DNA of 64,000 nt. Source: Candidatus Bathyarchaeota archaeon. Lineage in GTDB: Archaea > Thermoproteota > Bathyarchaeia > Bathyarchaeales > Bathycorpusculaceae. The translations under genes were made by a program, and so were the position numbers. Location: contig CAWDYC010000004.1 of the NCBI GenBank assembly GCA_963806535.1, positions 320,001 through 384,000 of the forward strand, read 5' to 3'. Below the pieces are notes generated by a model. It was given only the letters and a program-made list of their open reading frames with translations. It had not been told where the DNA came from and did not search any database. Each line of letters starts with the position of its first letter. The first letter of the stretch is position 1. Below are positions 10,857-22,141 of the stretch, in pieces.

Positions 10857-13800
10857 TTGGGTGTGCTTTGGATGACGCAAACAATTACTTCTCAGCCTAT
10901 GAAGCGTGTTGAAGATTGGAAATCGCGGTTAATTGATTTGTCAAGAAGAAACAATCTTCTTTATTTCAAAAAGAATAAACGGGGAAGCATACCTATCTCG
11001 CAACCTGATCCTCAGGCAATCTTCAACGCACTTGTTTTGAAAAAGCGTCATTTGGAATTTTGGTTACCTCCTGAAGAAACAAAGCAACCTGAACAACCAG
11101 AAAAAATCCTAGAGAAAACCAAAGGAAAAGCAAAAGCAAAAACCGCTAAAGCTAAAGTAAAAGCTTCTATTAAAGAAACAACCCCGGAAGAACCAAAACC
11201 TCCGACAGCAAATCAACTTGTAAGCGGAAACCTGACTCGTTTGGAACTTGAAAGAAACCTGAAAGGCTTGCAGTGGCGCTCACTTCTGGATTATCGAGAA
11301 CGTGGTGTCCGGATTTTATACGCTGCCTTCGGTACTATTAACTGGGTTGACCTGGAAACCAAAGAAAATGTTACGTCACCCCTTATTCTGGTACCCTTAG
11401 AGTTGACACGAGATTCAATACGCCAACCCTATACAATAGCTGTACCCCCAGTTGAAGAGGAAGCGGTTCTAAACCCTGCTTTGCAGGTTAAACTGAAAAA
11501 TGATTACAAAATTGATTTGCCCGACCTGCCTGAAGAATGGGAAACACAAAACTTAGCCGATTACTACAATTTGGTTAATCAAACTGTTTCGCAAATGGGT
11601 TGGAAAGCTGAGCAGTCAGTTGACCTAGGACTTTTCTCATTCCAAAAATTAGTTATCTATAAGGATCTTGAAACTAACGCTGCCTTAGTTACCCAGCATC
11701 CTATTGTTAAAGCGATCGCGGGCGTCAAAGAAGACAACCTGGTTTTAAGTGGATTGCCTGAAGAGAAAGATGTTGACAGAATTGAGTTGCCTCCTACAAC
11801 GTATCAGGTTCTTGACGCGGATAGCAGCCAAAGAATCTCAATTCAATATGCTCTCCATGGACAAAGCTTCGTAATGAAAGGTCCGCCTGGAACGGGAAAA
11901 AGCCAAACAATCGCAAATATAATCGCAGAATGCATAGCCAACGGAAAATCCGTTCTGTTTGTCAGTGACAAAATGGCTGCCCTTGAAGTAGTTTACAAAC
12001 GTTTAAGCGAAGTTGGGTTAGCACACTTCTGCCTTGAACTCCACAGCAGCAAAGCCAACAAACAGCAAGTTGTAGCCGAACTCAAACGCAGTCTCGACGA
12101 AAACCTTGTACCCCGCAAATTGCCTTCCGCACACGATTTTGAAAAGATGACAGAATATCGTGAGGCGCTCAATGGTTATGTTACGGCTTTGCATGAACCG
12201 CGTTCATATTTCCAGAGAAGTGCTTATGACGTTTTAAGTTTAATTTCAAGCCTTGAGCGGGTTCCATTTGTTCCGGTAGGCTTGACAGAGCTAGGAACGC
12301 TGACGCCTCAGAAAATGCATGAACTTGAAGCCCTTGTTTCTCAACTCAGCAAGGTATGGCAAGTAATCGAAGAACAAGATTTCCCATGGCTCGGATACCG
12401 CGCCAACGCCTATAATCTTGAAATCCGCTCAGAAGTATTAACTGCTCTTGAAAACATTAACGAAAAATTACGAGAATTGCAACTTGAAGCCGAAGATTTC
12501 TCAGCAAAGCTCGGATTGTTTCCACCAGAAACATTTGCCAAGATAAAGTGGCTGCTTGAAGTAAGCAAGTTCCTCTCTGAAAGCCCCAAGCCAGACGCTT
12601 ATTGGCTAACAAACCCAGACGTTGAAAAACTCTTAAACGAAGCCAAAAACTACTATGAAACCGCCGTGTGGATTAAGAACACCCGTCTCAGCTTAAACGA
12701 ACGTTACGACGAATCGTTATTCAATTTGCCTTTGAACAGGTCAACAGAAATCAAACTGGGTCTTGAAGCTCTCAATAAAATGCTACCAGCCGTTGAGTTG
12801 CAAGAAAGCGAATTTTTACAGAAACAAGAAAGGCTTCTAGCATTTATAAGAAACACACAAATAATTTCCAGAAAGTGGCGCGAAATCTCTCAAGCTTTAG
12901 CCCCAATGCTAGGATTAGATAGTGAGGGTTTGACCATCCAACAACTTAAAGAACTCTCGCGAATGGCCCTTTTAATTTTTGCTGAGGATAAGCCTGAGCC
13001 ACAATGGTTTGACGCTAAATATTTCGAGCAAGTTCAAGAAACAGTAACTAAAACAAAACGGCTCTACCAAGACCACAACTTGTTAAAAAGCAGGTTAGAC
13101 GAAACCTACACAGATGGCCTGTTCGAACTGGACTTTGACGGACTTATCGCAAGATACAGCAACGATTACCAAGGCTCTCTAAAAATATTTAACTCAAGTT
13201 ACCGCAACGACCAAAAACAAATCTCCAGAGTAACAAACAACGGCAAAGTTCCAAAAACCATACTAAACGACCTAATTGACGCCCGGAAAGTCAAAAAAAT
13301 GCAGGCTCAGATTGAAGAATCAACTGAAACAGTCCGTACCCTGCTTGGTCATTTCTACCACAAGTCCAAAACAGACTTCCAAGGCGCAGAAAAAGCCATA
13401 GATTTAACAAACGAAATCCGCAAACTCTCATGGGTAACAACAATCCCAGAAAATCTCATTAGACTAATCACAAATAACTCGAACCCTTCGCCAATGATTA
13501 AAAATTTAGGCTTAGAATTGCAGGAGTCGGTTGAGAAGTGGGAGCAACAAACCAAAGACTTTGACCTCTTGATACCTCTGAACTTGCCCAAATCAACCTT
13601 ACCCATAACACAAACCTCTCTGCCAATTCTTGAGGACTGGGCAAACGAAACTGAAAAACAACTAAACCCACTTTACACATTAACCAAGGAAACGCTTACA
13701 ACTTGCAAGCAAGAACCGCAAAGCTACAAGCAACTATTAGAAGACCTCAGAAACGCAGAAGAAATACGTAAGAAAGAAGCTGCAATAGTTGGAGAAAAAG

Positions 13801-16544
13801 CTCAGCTTCAGGAAAAATTCGGCTACAGATTCCATGAATTGGAAACAAATTGGGAAGACATCGTAGCCGTTCTTGAGTGGTCAAAGAAAGTTCAAGCAGC
13901 CTTCATTGACATTCCAGTTCCAGAATCCTTTGCAAATATTGCGGCTCAAGGCCCAACTGTTGCACCATCAAGCATGGAGCTGAACCAAAAAAGCGACGCT
14001 TCAATGAAAGTTCTATCTGATTTTGGAGCACGTTTTGAAGCGGAAATGAAATACCAAAATCAAAAACTAAAAGATTTAGAAATAAAAGCAATTAACGAGC
14101 GAATCCAAGCGCTTCGAGATCGCGTTGATGACTTGCAAGTTTGGATTGACTTTAAAGACATCAAAAACCGCTTTGCCCTTCGAGGCATAGACACGTTCTT
14201 CAACCGTTTGGCTGAGGAGCGAATTGCAGCGGCAGATTTAGGTGACGTTTTCCGCAGAGGAGTCTATCAAGAGTGGATAAACAACCTCTACAATGAAGAT
14301 CCTAAGCTGGGCAAGTTCAGAAGGGAGAATCATGAACAATTAATAGCTGACTTCACAAAACTTGACCAAGACCTCATACGGCTCAGTTCCAGCATGGTTA
14401 TTGAACAGGCGAACAGTCGAAAACCACAGGACATCTTGGTTCAAGCAGCCGACTCAGAAGCGGCCATTCTTCAAAAGGAAGCGGCTAAAAAGAGGCAGCT
14501 GATGCCGATTCGTACTCTTTTGCAAAAGATTCCTAACCTGCTTGTGAAACTGAAACCTTGTCTGTTGATGAGTCCTATAACTGTGAGCCAGTTCCTTCCT
14601 GCAGAAAGCAACAAATTTGACGTGGTCTTGTTTGATGAGGCATCACAAATTGTTCCCGAAGACGCTATCGGCTCAATTTACCGTGGAAAAACCCTGGTTG
14701 TCGCAGGAGATAACAAGCAGCTACCTCCAACATCATTCTTCCAGAAAAACCTAATTGATGATGTTGACTGGGATGAACTAAGCGATGAAGACGTGGAAGT
14801 CTTCGATAGCATACTTGACGAGTGCTTAGGCATCGGTTTGCCCGTCAAAACTTTGAAGTGGCACTACCGCAGCAGACACGAAGAACTAATAGCGTTCTCA
14901 AACCACCGTTTCTACGATGATAGCCTGATAACTTTCCCAGCGGCAAAAGCCCAAACGGACAGTTTAGGAGTAAAACTAGTTTATGTTCCAGGCGGTATTT
15001 ACGACCGCGGCGGCAAAAGAAACAACCCGCTTGAGGCAGAAAAAGTGGTTGACTTAGTTTTCGAGCACTTCCGTAATTACCCAAAGAAAACATTGGGTGT
15101 TGTGACTTTCAGTATAGCCCAAATGGAAACCGTCGAGGACGCCATAGACCGCCGCTTGAAAGAGCATCCTGATTTCGAGCAGTTTTTTAAAGAAGATCGA
15201 TTGGAAGGCTTTTTCGTTAAGAACTTGGAAAACGTTCAAGGTGATGAGCGAGATGTCATTTTCTTCAGCGTTGGCTACGGTTATGACCAAGGAAAACAAA
15301 TGGCAATGAACTTTGGACCCCTAAACAAGCCTGGCGGCGAAAGACGGCTAAATGTCGCAGTCACACGCGCACGTGAAAAAGTAATACTGATTACTTCAAT
15401 TAAAGCTACAGATATTGATCCTGAAACCAAAGCTATTGGCGTACAAACGCTTCGTAGTTATCTTGATTACGCTGAACATGGACCTGAAACATTAGACTCA
15501 GACAAGACAAAAGAGGGCGAGTTCGACTCAGCATTAGATGAAGATGTTGCAGCGGAAATCGAAAAGATGGGCTACGCAGTCGTTCCGCAAGTCGGTTGCA
15601 GCGGTTACAGAATAGATATCGGCGTTTCTGATCCAGTTAATCCCGGATGCTTCCTACTTGGAGTAGAATGTGATGGTGCTACTTACATGTCCAGCAGTAG
15701 TGCACGAGACCGAGATCGCCTGAGAGATCAAGTGCTAAGGCAACTGGGCTGGCGAATTCATCGCATTTGGTCACCCGCTTGGGTTGCAAGACGCGACTCC
15801 GAAATCAGGCGGCTAAAAGATGACCTTGAACAAGCACAACACTTACAGCTTGAAAAAGATGCTCAGAAACCAGTAATCGATGTTAAAGCAGACAACGTTC
15901 CCCAAACAGATATACAGAAAAACCAATTTGGAGGAGTCGAAAAAATTGGAGTACCCTACAAGCTTCAGCCGCTAAAAGCCACTTTTAATCCTTACATAAA
16001 AGTTGCAACCGCCAACAAAACATATGATTCAAGGCAGAAAAACGAGTTTCATTTCCCAGAAAATAGAGAAATTCAAACAAAACTCCTTGCTGATCTTATA
16101 CAAAATGAGGGTCCAGTTCACTTTGACTACGCAGTTGAACGTTTAGCAGCTGCATGGGGCATCAAACAGGTTACACCACAGATTAGTCATGCTGTAAAAG
16201 AAGCGCTCAACAACCTGCTAAGAGAACAAAAAGTTGTAATCAAAGGAAGTTTCCTCTGGCCGCCAGAACTTAAGCAAACCCCAATTCGGGTACCGGTCCA
16301 AGGCATTCCTGAATCCAAACGCAAAGCGGAATACATTGCTCCAGAAGAAGTGGAATCGGCCATGCAATTAGTGGCTAAATACGCCTTAGGCATAAGTCAA
16401 GACTCATTGATTTCTGAGACTGCAAAAGTTTTCGGATTAAACCAGTTAGGACAAGATGCCAAGGCAGTATTCTCTGAAATACTTAAGCGGCTGGTGAGAG
16501 ATAGAAAACTCGTTCTAAAAGACGACGTCGTTACCGCGGCTTAA
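10857..16544 (+). CDS. DUF4011 - SF1 helicase - Vsr-like/PD-(D/E)XK nuclease - DUF3320 protein (Hhe-like architecture)
   Basis: WKSRLIDLSRRNNLL (DUF4011), DADSSQ/GPPGTGKSQT, FDEASQ, GDNKQLPP, WHYRS, ENVQGDERD, RRLNVAVTRAR, YRIDIG...ECDGATY...RDRDRLR...GWRIHRIWS, C-terminal EGPVH domain. The start may be ATG 10872. Confidence 0.88.
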   Translation: MGVLWMTQTITSQPMKRVEDWKSRLIDLSRRNNLLYFKKNKRGSIPISQPDPQAIFNALVLKKRHLEFWLPPEETKQPEQPEKILEKTKGKAKAKTAKAKVKASIKETTPEEPKPPTANQLVSGNLTRLELERNLKGLQWRSLLDYRERGVRILYAAFGTINWVDLETKENVTSPLILVPLELTRDSIRQPYTIAVPPVEEEAVLNPALQVKLKNDYKIDLPDLPEEWETQNLADYYNLVNQTVSQMGWKAEQSVDLGLFSFQKLVIYKDLETNAALVTQHPIVKAIAGVKEDNLVLSGLPEEKDVDRIELPPTTYQVLDADSSQRISIQYALHGQSFVMKGPPGTGKSQTIANIIAECIANGKSVLFVSDKMAALEVVYKRLSEVGLAHFCLELHSSKANKQQVVAELKRSLDENLVPRKLPSAHDFEKMTEYREALNGYVTALHEPRSYFQRSAYDVLSLISSLERVPFVPVGLTELGTLTPQKMHELEALVSQLSKVWQVIEEQDFPWLGYRANAYNLEIRSEVLTALENINEKLRELQLEAEDFSAKLGLFPPETFAKIKWLLEVSKFLSESPKPDAYWLTNPDVEKLLNEAKNYYETAVWIKNTRLSLNERYDESLFNLPLNRSTEIKLGLEALNKMLPAVELQESEFLQKQERLLAFIRNTQIISRKWREISQALAPMLGLDSEGLTIQQLKELSRMALLIFAEDKPEPQWFDAKYFEQVQETVTKTKRLYQDHNLLKSRLDETYTDGLFELDFDGLIARYSNDYQGSLKIFNSSYRNDQKQISRVTNNGKVPKTILNDLIDARKVKKMQAQIEESTETVRTLLGHFYHKSKTDFQGAEKAIDLTNEIRKLSWVTTIPENLIRLITNNSNPSPMIKNLGLELQESVEKWEQQTKDFDLLIPLNLPKSTLPITQTSLPILEDWANETEKQLNPLYTLTKETLTTCKQEPQSYKQLLEDLRNAEEIRKKEAAIVGEKAQLQEKFGYRFHELETNWEDIVAVLEWSKKVQAAFIDIPVPESFANIAAQGPTVAPSSMELNQKSDASMKVLSDFGARFEAEMKYQNQKLKDLEIKAINERIQALRDRVDDLQVWIDFKDIKNRFALRGIDTFFNRLAEERIAAADLGDVFRRGVYQEWINNLYNEDPKLGKFRRENHEQLIADFTKLDQDLIRLSSSMVIEQANSRKPQDILVQAADSEAAILQKEAAKKRQLMPIRTLLQKIPNLLVKLKPCLLMSPITVSQFLPAESNKFDVVLFDEASQIVPEDAIGSIYRGKTLVVAGDNKQLPPTSFFQKNLIDDVDWDELSDEDVEVFDSILDECLGIGLPVKTLKWHYRSRHEELIAFSNHRFYDDSLITFPAAKAQTDSLGVKLVYVPGGIYDRGGKRNNPLEAEKVVDLVFEHFRNYPKKTLGVVTFSIAQMETVEDAIDRRLKEHPDFEQFFKEDRLEGFFVKNLENVQGDERDVIFFSVGYGYDQGKQMAMNFGPLNKPGGERRLNVAVTRAREKVILITSIKATDIDPETKAIGVQTLRSYLDYAEHGPETLDSDKTKEGEFDSALDEDVAAEIEKMGYAVVPQVGCSGYRIDIGVSDPVNPGCFLLGVECDGATYMSSSSARDRDRLRDQVLRQLGWRIHRIWSPAWVARRDSEIRRLKDDLEQAQHLQLEKDAQKPVIDVKADNVPQTDIQKNQFGGVEKIGVPYKLQPLKATFNPYIKVATANKTYDSRQKNEFHFPENREIQTKLLADLIQNEGPVHFDYAVERLAAAWGIKQVTPQISHAVKEALNNLLREQKVVIKGSFLWPPELKQTPIRVPVQGIPESKRKAEYIAPEEVESAMQLVAKYALGISQDSLISETAKVFGLNQLGQDAKAVFSEILKRLVRDRKLVLKDDVVTAA

Positions 16545-17227
16545 TCTTTATTTATCTCTTTTATTAGAACTGGCAAATCACTTAATGATGTTATTATGTA
16601 GTTTGCGCCGTTGTTCTTAAGTTGTTCCAACGTTGACATGCCTGTTGGTAAACCAACTGCTATTGCTTTTACTTCTTTGGCACTTTGCATATCAACAATA
16701 CTGTCTCCAACTATTACAGCGGCTTGCGGGCCAACACCCAACGTATTAAGCGCCACTTCAAATTGTTCAGTGCTGGGTTTAACATATGTTACCTTATCTC
16801 TGGGAACAACAACTTGGAAGAACTCCCGAATCTTGAAGCGGTTAATGATGTAATTTACAGCTTTTTCACTACTGGTAGTGCATAAACCTATTTTCAGATT
16901 CATCTGCTTCAACTCCTTTAGAGTTTCGTTGGCTCCCACCTGCAAACTTGTGGTTGAAGCAGCCTCCATCTCATATTTTTCCGCGATGGTCAAAACTTGA
17001 CTGCGAACATCAGCAAAGGTTGACGGGGGTTTACCGTTGTTTTTTAGGTAAATTTCTGCTTTTTTCAGCATTTCAAAAATATTTTCATTAACATCTACGA
17101 GGGAAGTTGGAACACCCATTCTTATGAGGTAACTTCTAACTTCTGAGCGAAGTGTTTTGTAGTCTAAGTTGAAGTTGGCGAGTGTTCCATCTAAATCAAA
17201 GATTACTGCTTCTACTGGCACAATCAT
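16541..17227 (-). CDS. HAD-superfamily phosphatase (Gph-like)
   Basis: FDLDGTL, KP, VGDSIVD motifs. Confidence 0.88.
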   Translation of the reverse strand: MIVPVEAVIFDLDGTLANFNLDYKTLRSEVRSYLIRMGVPTSLVDVNENIFEMLKKAEIYLKNNGKPPSTFADVRSQVLTIAEKYEMEAASTTSLQVGANETLKELKQMNLKIGLCTTSSEKAVNYIINRFKIREFFQVVVPRDKVTYVKPSTEQFEVALNTLGVGPQAAVIVGDSIVDMQSAKEVKAIAVGLPTGMSTLEQLKNNGANYIITSLSDLPVLIKEINKD

Positions 17228-17351
17228 AGCTCCATTTTCAGATGTAGATTTGGGTAAACACTAACTCTTACAGAAATATACCTTGTGGTTGCATAGAAGG
17301 ACTAAAAACTCTTTAGCCAGAATACTAATTAAGTGTAATAAGGAAGTAAAT

Positions 17352-17642
17352 GTGTTAACTGCCCTGAACCTCGCCACCTCAATTGCTCCTTGGATTATTT
17401 TCTTAGCTTTTCCATTAGCAATTTTAGTTGGCGGGATCTTGTCCTTTCTTGTTAAGGTAAATAAGGTGCTGATTGGGGATCTCCTATTGTTATTCGGCAT
17501 TGTTGAGACTCTTTTTTTCTCGTTGTTAATCGAGGCCGACTTTCAAATGAGCCATTACATTCCAATCGGTATAGTAAGTGTTACATCAATTGGAATTACA
17601 ACAGTCATAGTTGGAATCATAAGGCTCTATAAATCTAAATGA
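17352..17642 (+). CDS. Small membrane protein (3 TM)
   Basis: Three hydrophobic stretches; GTG start after an AGGAAG purine tract, in the frame of ORF 17283..17642. Confidence 0.55.
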   Translation: MLTALNLATSIAPWIIFLAFPLAILVGGILSFLVKVNKVLIGDLLLLFGIVETLFFSLLIEADFQMSHYIPIGIVSVTSIGITTVIVGIIRLYKSK

Positions 17643-17659
17643 CATTGGTAGAATTGCGA

Positions 17660-18631
17660 TTAACTTGTTACTATTACTTTTAAGGGCTTTTCCGTTGGAT
17701 TATCAACTATTTGTAATGCTTTTTCAAACTCCTCAAGCTTGAACCTGTGTGTAATTAGCCCTTTCACATCTACCAGTTTTCTAGCAATCAATTCAATGGC
17801 TGCTGGGTACTCAACGGGCGATATGTAAATCGTGAAAAACAATGCTTCATCAGCATCTTCCAAGTTCATGCGACCTTTTGACTCACCCACCAACGCAACT
17901 TTACCTGCTTTCCTCACCAAGAAAGGTGTCTGTTCAACTGTGCGGATTGTTCCTGCTGCCTCGATCACCAAGTCAGAACCTCTCTTTGTTAGCTTTCTAA
18001 CAGTTTTGATTACATCCTCTTTTTTCGCATTTATGATTGCGTCCGAACCATACTTTTCGCTTAGTTCAAGCTTGTAATCTTCAAGGTCTACTGCGATAAC
18101 TCGGCATCCTTTCAGTTGCGCTATTTGAGTCATAAGTAAGCCGATGGGTCCTTGCCCAAGTATGGTTACCCAATCGCCAAGGTTAGGTTTCAGGTAATCT
18201 AAGACACGAAGAGCCAAAGCAACTGGCTCCACTACCGCTGCTTCCTCATCACTGATGCTTTCAGGAATCGGAATTAAGGTTCTTGGTAGCATGGCTTTTG
18301 ATTCTGCAAAGAAGCCGTCACGTGTTAGTCCATAAAATTTACCTCGAACACAATATGTTGGTAATCCTCGGAGACAATAGTAGCAGTGGCCGCAATTCAC
18401 AATAGGCACCATAACGACGCGTTCGCCCGTGTCCTCTCTGATTCCCCAAGCGTCATGACCGATAACCATTCCTTTTTTCATCCATTTCCAATCTCCTCGG
18501 TAGAGATGCATGTCGGTTCCGCAAATGCTTCCAGCCTTAAACTTCACAAGTACTTTTCTACCTGTAACTTTAGGTTCTGAGATTTCTTCAATTTTGATGT
18601 TGTGTGGTCCTCTGTAAACAGCTGCTTTCAA
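17660..18631 (-). CDS. Zn-dependent medium-chain alcohol/polyol dehydrogenase
   Basis: ICGTDMH, GHD (canonical GHE), structural Zn site CGHCYYC-x7-C, GQGPIG NAD motif. Confidence 0.9.
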   Translation of the reverse strand: MKAAVYRGPHNIKIEEISEPKVTGRKVLVKFKAGSICGTDMHLYRGDWKWMKKGMVIGHDAWGIREDTGERVVMVPIVNCGHCYYCLRGLPTYCVRGKFYGLTRDGFFAESKAMLPRTLIPIPESISDEEAAVVEPVALALRVLDYLKPNLGDWVTILGQGPIGLLMTQIAQLKGCRVIAVDLEDYKLELSEKYGSDAIINAKKEDVIKTVRKLTKRGSDLVIEAAGTIRTVEQTPFLVRKAGKVALVGESKGRMNLEDADEALFFTIYISPVEYPAAIELIARKLVDVKGLITHRFKLEEFEKALQIVDNPTEKPLKVIVTS

Positions 18632-18740
18632 AAAAGAGTCACTCCAGATAATTCAAAGCTGGAACCGTGAGGTATTAAGTTTATTGTGTGTGGTTGTTTG
18701 CGTTAGGTTAATAACTGTAATAGCGCATGGATGGGTTTGA

Positions 18741-18989
18741 GTGCATATGAATTTAGATGAGTACACTAAGGAGAGGCTTTGGCAGTTACTTGTAGAATCA
18801 GTTCATGCTTCTGTTATGTACCCAACACATAAAGCTTACACCCGTGACACCATTTTGCCGCAGAAAGCTGATGTTTCGGCAATTGAGCTTGCGGAAAGAC
18901 TGGGAATGCCCCTTGGTGAAGCGCTGGTAATTCTCAACGAACTCGTTCAAGAAAGCAAACATCTGCTTGAATGCTTGTTTTTCATTTAA
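18741..18989 (+). CDS. Small hypothetical protein, possible C-terminal HTH
   Basis: 82-aa ORF with SAIELAERLGMPLGEAL, an HTH-like pattern. Confidence 0.6.
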   Translation: MHMNLDEYTKERLWQLLVESVHASVMYPTHKAYTRDTILPQKADVSAIELAERLGMPLGEALVILNELVQESKHLLECLFFI

Positions 18990-19039
18990 CCTCGAATTTT
19001 CTTATTTCAGGCGGTATGATATTTGAAGCGGTTGGCCGC

Positions 19040-19063
19040 CGTTATATTTATATGTGCATATCG
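19040..19063 (+). promoter_or_regulatory. Putative ModE-type operator overlapping the TATA box of the tup operon
   Basis: CGTTATAT-ttatatgt-GCATATCG resembles the ModE box CGnTATAT-N8-ATATAnCG; it lies ~25 nt upstream of the tupA start and the operon is followed by modE. Confidence 0.55.
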
Positions 19064-19087
19064 TTCTCTAAAAAACAGGTAAAAGAA

Positions 19088-20512
19088 ATGAATTTCAAGA
19101 AAAATATTGACCATTGCATTAATCGTTATTATTATTGTAGCAATAGGTGTAGCTGCTTACATCTACGAGACAAAACTTAAAGAGCAAGCAATCAACCGAC
19201 TCCAACACCGTCACCAACACCTACGTCATCTTCTTCTCCAAGTCTCTTCGCCATCTCCATCTCCAACCGCACTCACGCAACTTCGTCACCCACAGCAAGC
19301 CCTACCCCTTCCCTTCCCCAACGCCCTCACCATCACCAACTCCAACCCCTACCCCCACAACCTTGAGAGTAGCAACAACCACAAGCCTTTATCAGGCAGG
19401 ATTAGAAGACACACCAGAAGTTCTTGCAAATGGAACGGTATTGAAAGATGACATCAAAGATTCATTCCAAGCCGCAATACCCGTGGATAACAATTAATTT
19501 TGATCCACAAGGAACGGGTTTAGCAATAACAAAAGCTGAATCAGGTACAGACGACATGCTATTGGTTCATTCGCCATCCCAGGAATTACCCGTCTTAAGC
19601 GGCGGTTATGGAGTAGACCGCAAAATCATTGCATACAACTTCTTCATTATCGTTGGACCAGCAAGTGATCCTGCACACGTGGCGCAGATGGTAGACAACG
19701 TAACCAAGCAATGTAGACATCTACAATGCTGCGCAAAACAATCGCTGGACAACCGGCGAATAAGCAGGTTCAATGGTTCTCAAGAAACTGACGCATCAGG
19801 AACAAACACTGCAAAGAAATCTCACTTGGACAGCAGCAGGCTTAATTACACTCAGCTTGTTGCTAATGCTACTTCGCTAATTATTGGTTCAAAGTTACCA
19901 ATACTGGAATGGGACCAACATTGCTGGCAGGCTAACTATTACGGAGTTGGATAGCGCGGATATACCCTGTCGGACACAGGAACTTACTACGCTTACTATG
20001 ATGAGGAGACATAAATCTGCAAATCGCAGATTCAAGCCGCAGCAATCTTTGTTAAACGTCTACAGTGCAATAATTGACAACCCTCAAAACTCCACCCTTA
20101 CAGGTACAAACTTTAATGCTTCATTAGCTTTTGTTAACTGGCTAGTATCTGAGCGCAAGGTCAACAGACGTAATTTCAAATTACGGTGAATCAATCTATG
20201 ACCAAGCACTCTTCAATCCATTTGTACCATTAGCAAGCCAGATCAGCACCAAACGCCACATTGTTGAGTTGGATTCAGAGCTATGCTTACATGTATTTCA
20301 ACTCAACTAGCCAAATCACGCTAGTGCAATTGGAACGGAATGCCCAGCGCATTTAGTATAACGCAGGCAACCTTTACGCGCCCTCATACGATACATTAGT
20401 AGCAAACATCAATGCTAACTCTTTCGATTAAACCAGCCCCAACTACTACGTTACGGATGGAAATCAAATCACACCAACCAAGCCGCACCCACACAAATCA
20501 ATTAGTAAAATA
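19088..20512 (+). pseudogene. tupA: Tungstate/molybdate ABC substrate-binding protein TupA, multiply frameshifted (probably sequencing errors)
   Basis: Fragments in shifting frames: signal/anchor, Pro/Ser/Thr linker, VATTTSL, GTGLAITKAESG..DMLLVHSP, YNFFIIVGPASDPA, SGTN, YTLSD, LLNVYSAI. The end coordinate is approximate. Confidence 0.7.
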
Positions 20513-20575
20513 AACCGGGAATAATGTTAGGAAAAGCTCAAATTAAAATTTCCCTCACTTTTCTTTGTGATACGC

Positions 20576-21326
20576 ATGGCTGACCTTATTGTCACAGCCT
20601 TTCAGCAAGCAGTCAACCTAATTAGCTAAGCGGCAATCCTGATGTTTACGACATCGTTTATCGATCTATATACGTAGCAGGCTTGGGAACTTTGTTATCT
20701 TGCGTTTGGAGTATTCCAATAGCCGTTGTTTTAGGATTGTATAATTTTAGGGGAAAATGGGTTATAAAAGGCTTTTTCAGCGCGTTAATAGGCATACCAA
20801 CCGTTGCATTAGGGCTTCTATTGTACTTGCTGTTTGTATAGGCAGGGTGAACTTGGCTCTCTTCACCTGCTCTTCACACTGAATGGAATAGCGATTGGTC
20901 AAGCCATATTGGTTACGCCCAATAATAGTTAGTTTTACTGCAAACGCTTTGAGCAATTCCGATAGTCAGCTTCGAGACTTGGCCAAAACACTTGGCGCTT
21001 CAGGATTCAGAACAAATTTAACGTTGATTCGGGAAACGATTTGGTCAATGGTTCTTTCAATCACTGCTGCTTTTAACAGGGGTTTTGGGGAGCTTGGGCA
21101 TAGCAATTATCGTGGGTGGAAGTTTAGTAGGAGAAACGCAGGTTTTGACCACTGCAATCTCTGTTAAATAAACTTCGGCAGATTTGACATCGCTATGGCC
21201 TACGCCATAATCTTAATGGCAATAGTCATCGCATTGGCACTAATAATCAGTCTAATAGAGAGAATAAGAAGCGAAGACAGACCATTAACTAAACTTATGA
21301 TGTGGAGAGGTTTAGGTGGGGGTTAA
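20576..21326 (+). pseudogene. tupB: Tungstate ABC permease TupB, frameshifted
   Basis: GIPTVALGLLLYLL, GQAILVTPII, AKTLGAS, FNRGFGELG, ETQVLTTAI spread across frames. Confidence 0.75.
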
Positions 21327-21329
21327 ACA

Positions 21330-22046
21330 GTGGGTGTAAATCTGCAACTTGTAGACATCAAAAAAAGCTACCGTTCGATTAACGCCTTAAATTCAGCGTC
21401 GCTGGAATTTCAGGGCGGCAAAATAATTGTTCTTTTAGGCGTCAACGGTGCAGGCAAAACAACGCTCATGCGCATAATGGCGGGATTAGAAAGCGCTGAC
21501 AGCGGAGAATTGCTTTTTAACAATCAAAGTATCGATTGTAAAACTTTACGTCAGGTTTCAACATTGGTTTTTCAGAAATCTGTAATGTTTAGCACTAACG
21601 TCTATGACAACCTTGCTTATGGCCTCAGAATTCGAAAAGTTCCAAAAGCTGAAATCAAAAAGAATGTTGCTGAAGCATTACAAGCGGTAAGGCTCTCAGG
21701 TTTTGAAAAACGACGAGCAAAAAAGACTTCAGGAGGTGAACAGCAGCGATTAGCTCTTGCTAGAGCCTTCTTGCTCGACTCACATGTGTTACTTTTGGAT
21801 GAACCGACAGCAAATTTGGATCCAAATAGTGCTGCAATTATTGAAAAGGCAATAGTAAGTAGAAAAAGTTCTGAGCGCATTATCGTCATGTCGACCCATA
21901 ATCTTACCCAGGCACGAAGAATCGCAGATGAGATAGTCCATATTTACAATGGGAACATTGTAGAAGTCGCAGACCCAGCAAATTTCTTTGAAAATCCGAA
22001 AAGTGAAATATCCAGAAAATTTGTTAATGGAGAATTAGATTTTTAG
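21330..22046 (+). CDS. tupC: Tungstate ABC transporter ATP-binding subunit
   Basis: GVNGAGKT, SGGEQQR, LLLDEPTANLDP; operon context. Confidence 0.85.
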   Translation: MGVNLQLVDIKKSYRSINALNSASLEFQGGKIIVLLGVNGAGKTTLMRIMAGLESADSGELLFNNQSIDCKTLRQVSTLVFQKSVMFSTNVYDNLAYGLRIRKVPKAEIKKNVAEALQAVRLSGFEKRRAKKTSGGEQQRLALARAFLLDSHVLLLDEPTANLDPNSAAIIEKAIVSRKSSERIIVMSTHNLTQARRIADEIVHIYNGNIVEVADPANFFENPKSEISRKFVNGELDF

Positions 22047-22141
22047 TTATGCTATAGTTTTGTGAAACCTTTCTTGGAATTAAAACGGACTTATTTGCTC
22101 CTGATTAGCTTTATATGGTCTTTAACACATAACCTTCTATA

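Noticed and set aside
19190-19365. C-rich low-complexity repeat
   Set aside because: It encodes the Pro/Ser/Thr linker of TupA.
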